Shown: positions 62,008 to 64,000 of the stretch, in pieces
Numbering within the stretch: the stretch's first letter is position 1
How the letters are laid out: each line of letters begins with the position of its first letter
Assembly (NCBI GenBank): GCA_965116885.1
Contig: OZ220741.1
Location: 32,001 to 96,000, forward strand
Direction: 5' to 3'
Length of the DNA stretch: 64,000 bases
Source: Candidatus Latescibacterota bacterium
Lineage (GTDB): Bacteria; Latescibacterota; UBA2968
Program-made: the position numbers and the translations under genes
Notes under the pieces: model-generated
Databases searched by the model: none
What the model was told of the DNA's origin: nothing
Seen by the model: the letters and a program-made list of their open reading frames with translations, nothing else

Positions 62008-62211
62008 TTTGTACGCTCTTTTGTTTGGGAGAATCTGAATGTGGTAGTTGCTGAGTCATAAAGGTTCAATCCAATTAGCAAATCGGCGAATCTCCTCCGC
62101 TTCATCAGAAGTAAATAAAATTTGCCGACCGCGACACCGATGCACGGCAGGCACTAATCAATATACTCAAGGGGTTGAGATTCCACAAATTGGCAGGCAG
62201 ACCCACATAAC

Positions 62212-62249
62212 AAAAGCCCGATGAATAACTGGATCCACCGGGCTTTTTT
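62212..62249. terminator. Probable bidirectional terminator downstream of the permease
   Basis: AAAAGCCCG...CGGGCTTTTTT. Confidence 0.6.
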
Positions 62250-62266
62250 ATTTTCATTATACCAAC

Positions 62267-64000
62267 CTATTCATGCCGTAACACTTCCACCGGATTGGAC
62301 AGCGCCGCGCGAAGGGCGTGAAAACTCACAGTAAACAACGCAATCGCCAGGGCAACCGCGCCACTCAACACAAATACCCACCACGAAAGATCCGTGCGAT
62401 ATTCAAAGCCGTCCAGCCAACTTCGCATCGCAAAATACGCAACCGGCCAGGCAAACAGATTTGCAATCAAAACCATAATCGCAAATGTCCTGGAAACCAA
62501 AATCACAATATTTGACACACTCGCACCCAACACCTTGCGCACCCCAATCTCTTTCACCCGCTGCTCAACCGTAAATGCCGCAAGACCAAAAAGCCCCATA
62601 CACGCGAGCAAAATCGCCATCCCCGAAGAGAGCAATGTCAGCGCCTGCGCCCGCTGTTCTGCAGAGTACATATATTCAAACTGCTGATCCCACATCATAT
62701 ATTCAAAAGGCTGATCTGCGGGAGCGAATTGCTTCCAGGTCTTTTCAAAAAAAGCGAGCGTCTCTTCCATGTTTTCGGCTTTGGCGCGTACGCCCAAGCT
62801 GTAAAACTGCTGGTGCCGAAGCGTCAGTGCAATGGGGCCAATTTTTTCGTGCAACGGACTATAGTGAAAGTCCTGCACAACGCCAATCACCGTTCCCTTC
62901 CGATTTATCCCCCGATCAACCCACTCAAAAGACTTGCCAATAGGATCGTCCCAGCCGAGCCGCGCAACCGCCGTTTCATTGATAATAAAGGCTTTTGACG
63001 TATCTGTGGGAAATGCCATCGGATCAAATTTTCGTCCTTCTACCAGTCCAATTTGAAACACATCGAGATAATCTTCATCGACCTCCAGAAGGGGCATACG
63101 CCAGTCCGTGCCCTCGTGTCCCTCTGCCCGAATGGTCCGGATAATCCCCCCACTCCATCCAACCCGCCAGCGATAAGCCGTTGCTTCGAGCGCGTTCGGA
63201 TGGTCGAGAAATGCCTGTTTCACTGTGGCATAACGGGCGGCGAGCTTTTGCCCCGGATCCAATTTTGTTTCCTGATCGAGAACAAAGATGGGCATGAGAA
63301 CCATCTGCTCCATATTAAAACCCAGATTCTTGTTTTTAATATAGTCGAGTTGCTGATAGATCACCCCCGTACTCGCAATTAGAGTAATTGAAATTGCAAA
63401 TTGGGCCACCACCAATCCCCTTCGAATCCACTGCCCTTGAGAACCCGCGCGAAACGCCCCCTTTAGCGTTTCAGTCGGTTCATACGCAGAAAGAAAAAAT
63501 GCGGGATAGACACCAGCCAACAGCCCGACGAATACAGCAATACCGAGCAAAGCAATTATAAACAAGGGATCGCTCGAAAAATTCAACTCAATCTGCTTGG
63601 AGAAAAAGGCATTAAACTCGGGAAGCACGAACTTAACAGCAACAAGCGCGAGCACAAGCGCGACCAATGCCGTGAGAACAGACTCGCCCAAAAACTGACC
63701 CATCAGTTGTGAGCGATACGCTCCCGACACCTTTCGCAAACCCACCTCGTGCGCCCTGCGAGCCGATTGCGCCGTCGTCAAATTCGTGAAATTAATACAT
63801 CCAATCGCAAGCACCAGAACCGCAATGGCCCCAAATTGATACACGCGGTCAATATCGCCGTACCAATCCAGACCGTAATCCTGTCTCGAATAGAGATAAA
63901 TGCGTTTGAGAGGCTGGAGATGATACGCATTTGTGCGTGCGATCTCTGCCCCCATATAGCGATCAATCAATTCGGGAAATTTTGCGGACAGCGCCTTTGG
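62267..64000 (-). CDS. FtsX/MacB-family ABC permease, 5' end outside the window
   Basis: IGCINFTNL, EVGLRKVSGA, VVAQFAIS, KEIGVRKVLGA, NPVEVLRHE; frame open to 64000. Confidence 0.9.
   Translation of the reverse strand, partial: PKALSAKFPELIDRYMGAEIARTNAYHLQPLKRIYLYSRQDYGLDWYGDIDRVYQFGAIAVLVLAIGCINFTNLTTAQSARRAHEVGLRKVSGAYRSQLMGQFLGESVLTALVALVLALVAVKFVLPEFNAFFSKQIELNFSSDPLFIIALLGIAVFVGLLAGVYPAFFLSAYEPTETLKGAFRAGSQGQWIRRGLVVAQFAISITLIASTGVIYQQLDYIKNKNLGFNMEQMVLMPIFVLDQETKLDPGQKLAARYATVKQAFLDHPNALEATAYRWRVGWSGGIIRTIRAEGHEGTDWRMPLLEVDEDYLDVFQIGLVEGRKFDPMAFPTDTSKAFIINETAVARLGWDDPIGKSFEWVDRGINRKGTVIGVVQDFHYSPLHEKIGPIALTLRHQQFYSLGVRAKAENMEETLAFFEKTWKQFAPADQPFEYMMWDQQFEYMYSAEQRAQALTLLSSGMAILLACMGLFGLAAFTVEQRVKEIGVRKVLGASVSNIVILVSRTFAIMVLIANLFAWPVAYFAMRSWLDGFEYRTDLSWWVFVLSGAVALAIALFTVSFHALRAALSNPVEVLRHE

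Overview
Bacterial genomic window, mostly + strand genes. The mix of several PhyH dioxygenases, sulfatases, an ankyrin protein and an Rpn protein is reminiscent of Latescibacterota/Poribacteria-like marine or sponge-associated lineages (inference only). 0-7.6 kb: partial fatty acyl-CoA reductase, ndk, and a yceD-rpmF-fabH-fabD-fabG-acpP-fabF-rnc cluster lacking plsX, then a lipoate ligase. 7.6-21.5 kb: an uncharacterised operon built on a GlmL/MutL-like ASKHA ATPase with a barrel-sandwich-hybrid protein and four membrane proteins, orphan OppD/OppF ATPases, a peptidase-propeller-Omp85-like protein and a UbiA-family transferase. 21.6-39.7 kb: sulfatases, GH29 fucosidase, three PhyH enzymes, purT, mnmA, pheA and a LutB-CCG fusion. 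39.9-53.2 kb holds the best candidate novel system, a putative RiPP locus. It comprises a YtrA/YtrB-type ABC module with a duplicated permease and a CPBP protease, a ~1600-aa kinase-NTPase-TPR-GAF-sigma54 activator, three palindromic enhancer sites, a consensus sigma54 promoter, a 59-aa single-Cys precursor with an acidic tail, an RRE-radical SAM/SPASM maturase and a second sensor-less sigma54 activator. 53.3-64 kb: EndoQ-UvrD fusion, three catabolic genes, a small defence pair (Rpn with an internal RBS for a putative RpnS antitoxin, and an SBD-HNH nuclease) and a partial FtsX/MacB permease. No rRNA, tRNA or CRISPR array was recognised. All calls come from manual motif recognition; no searches were run.
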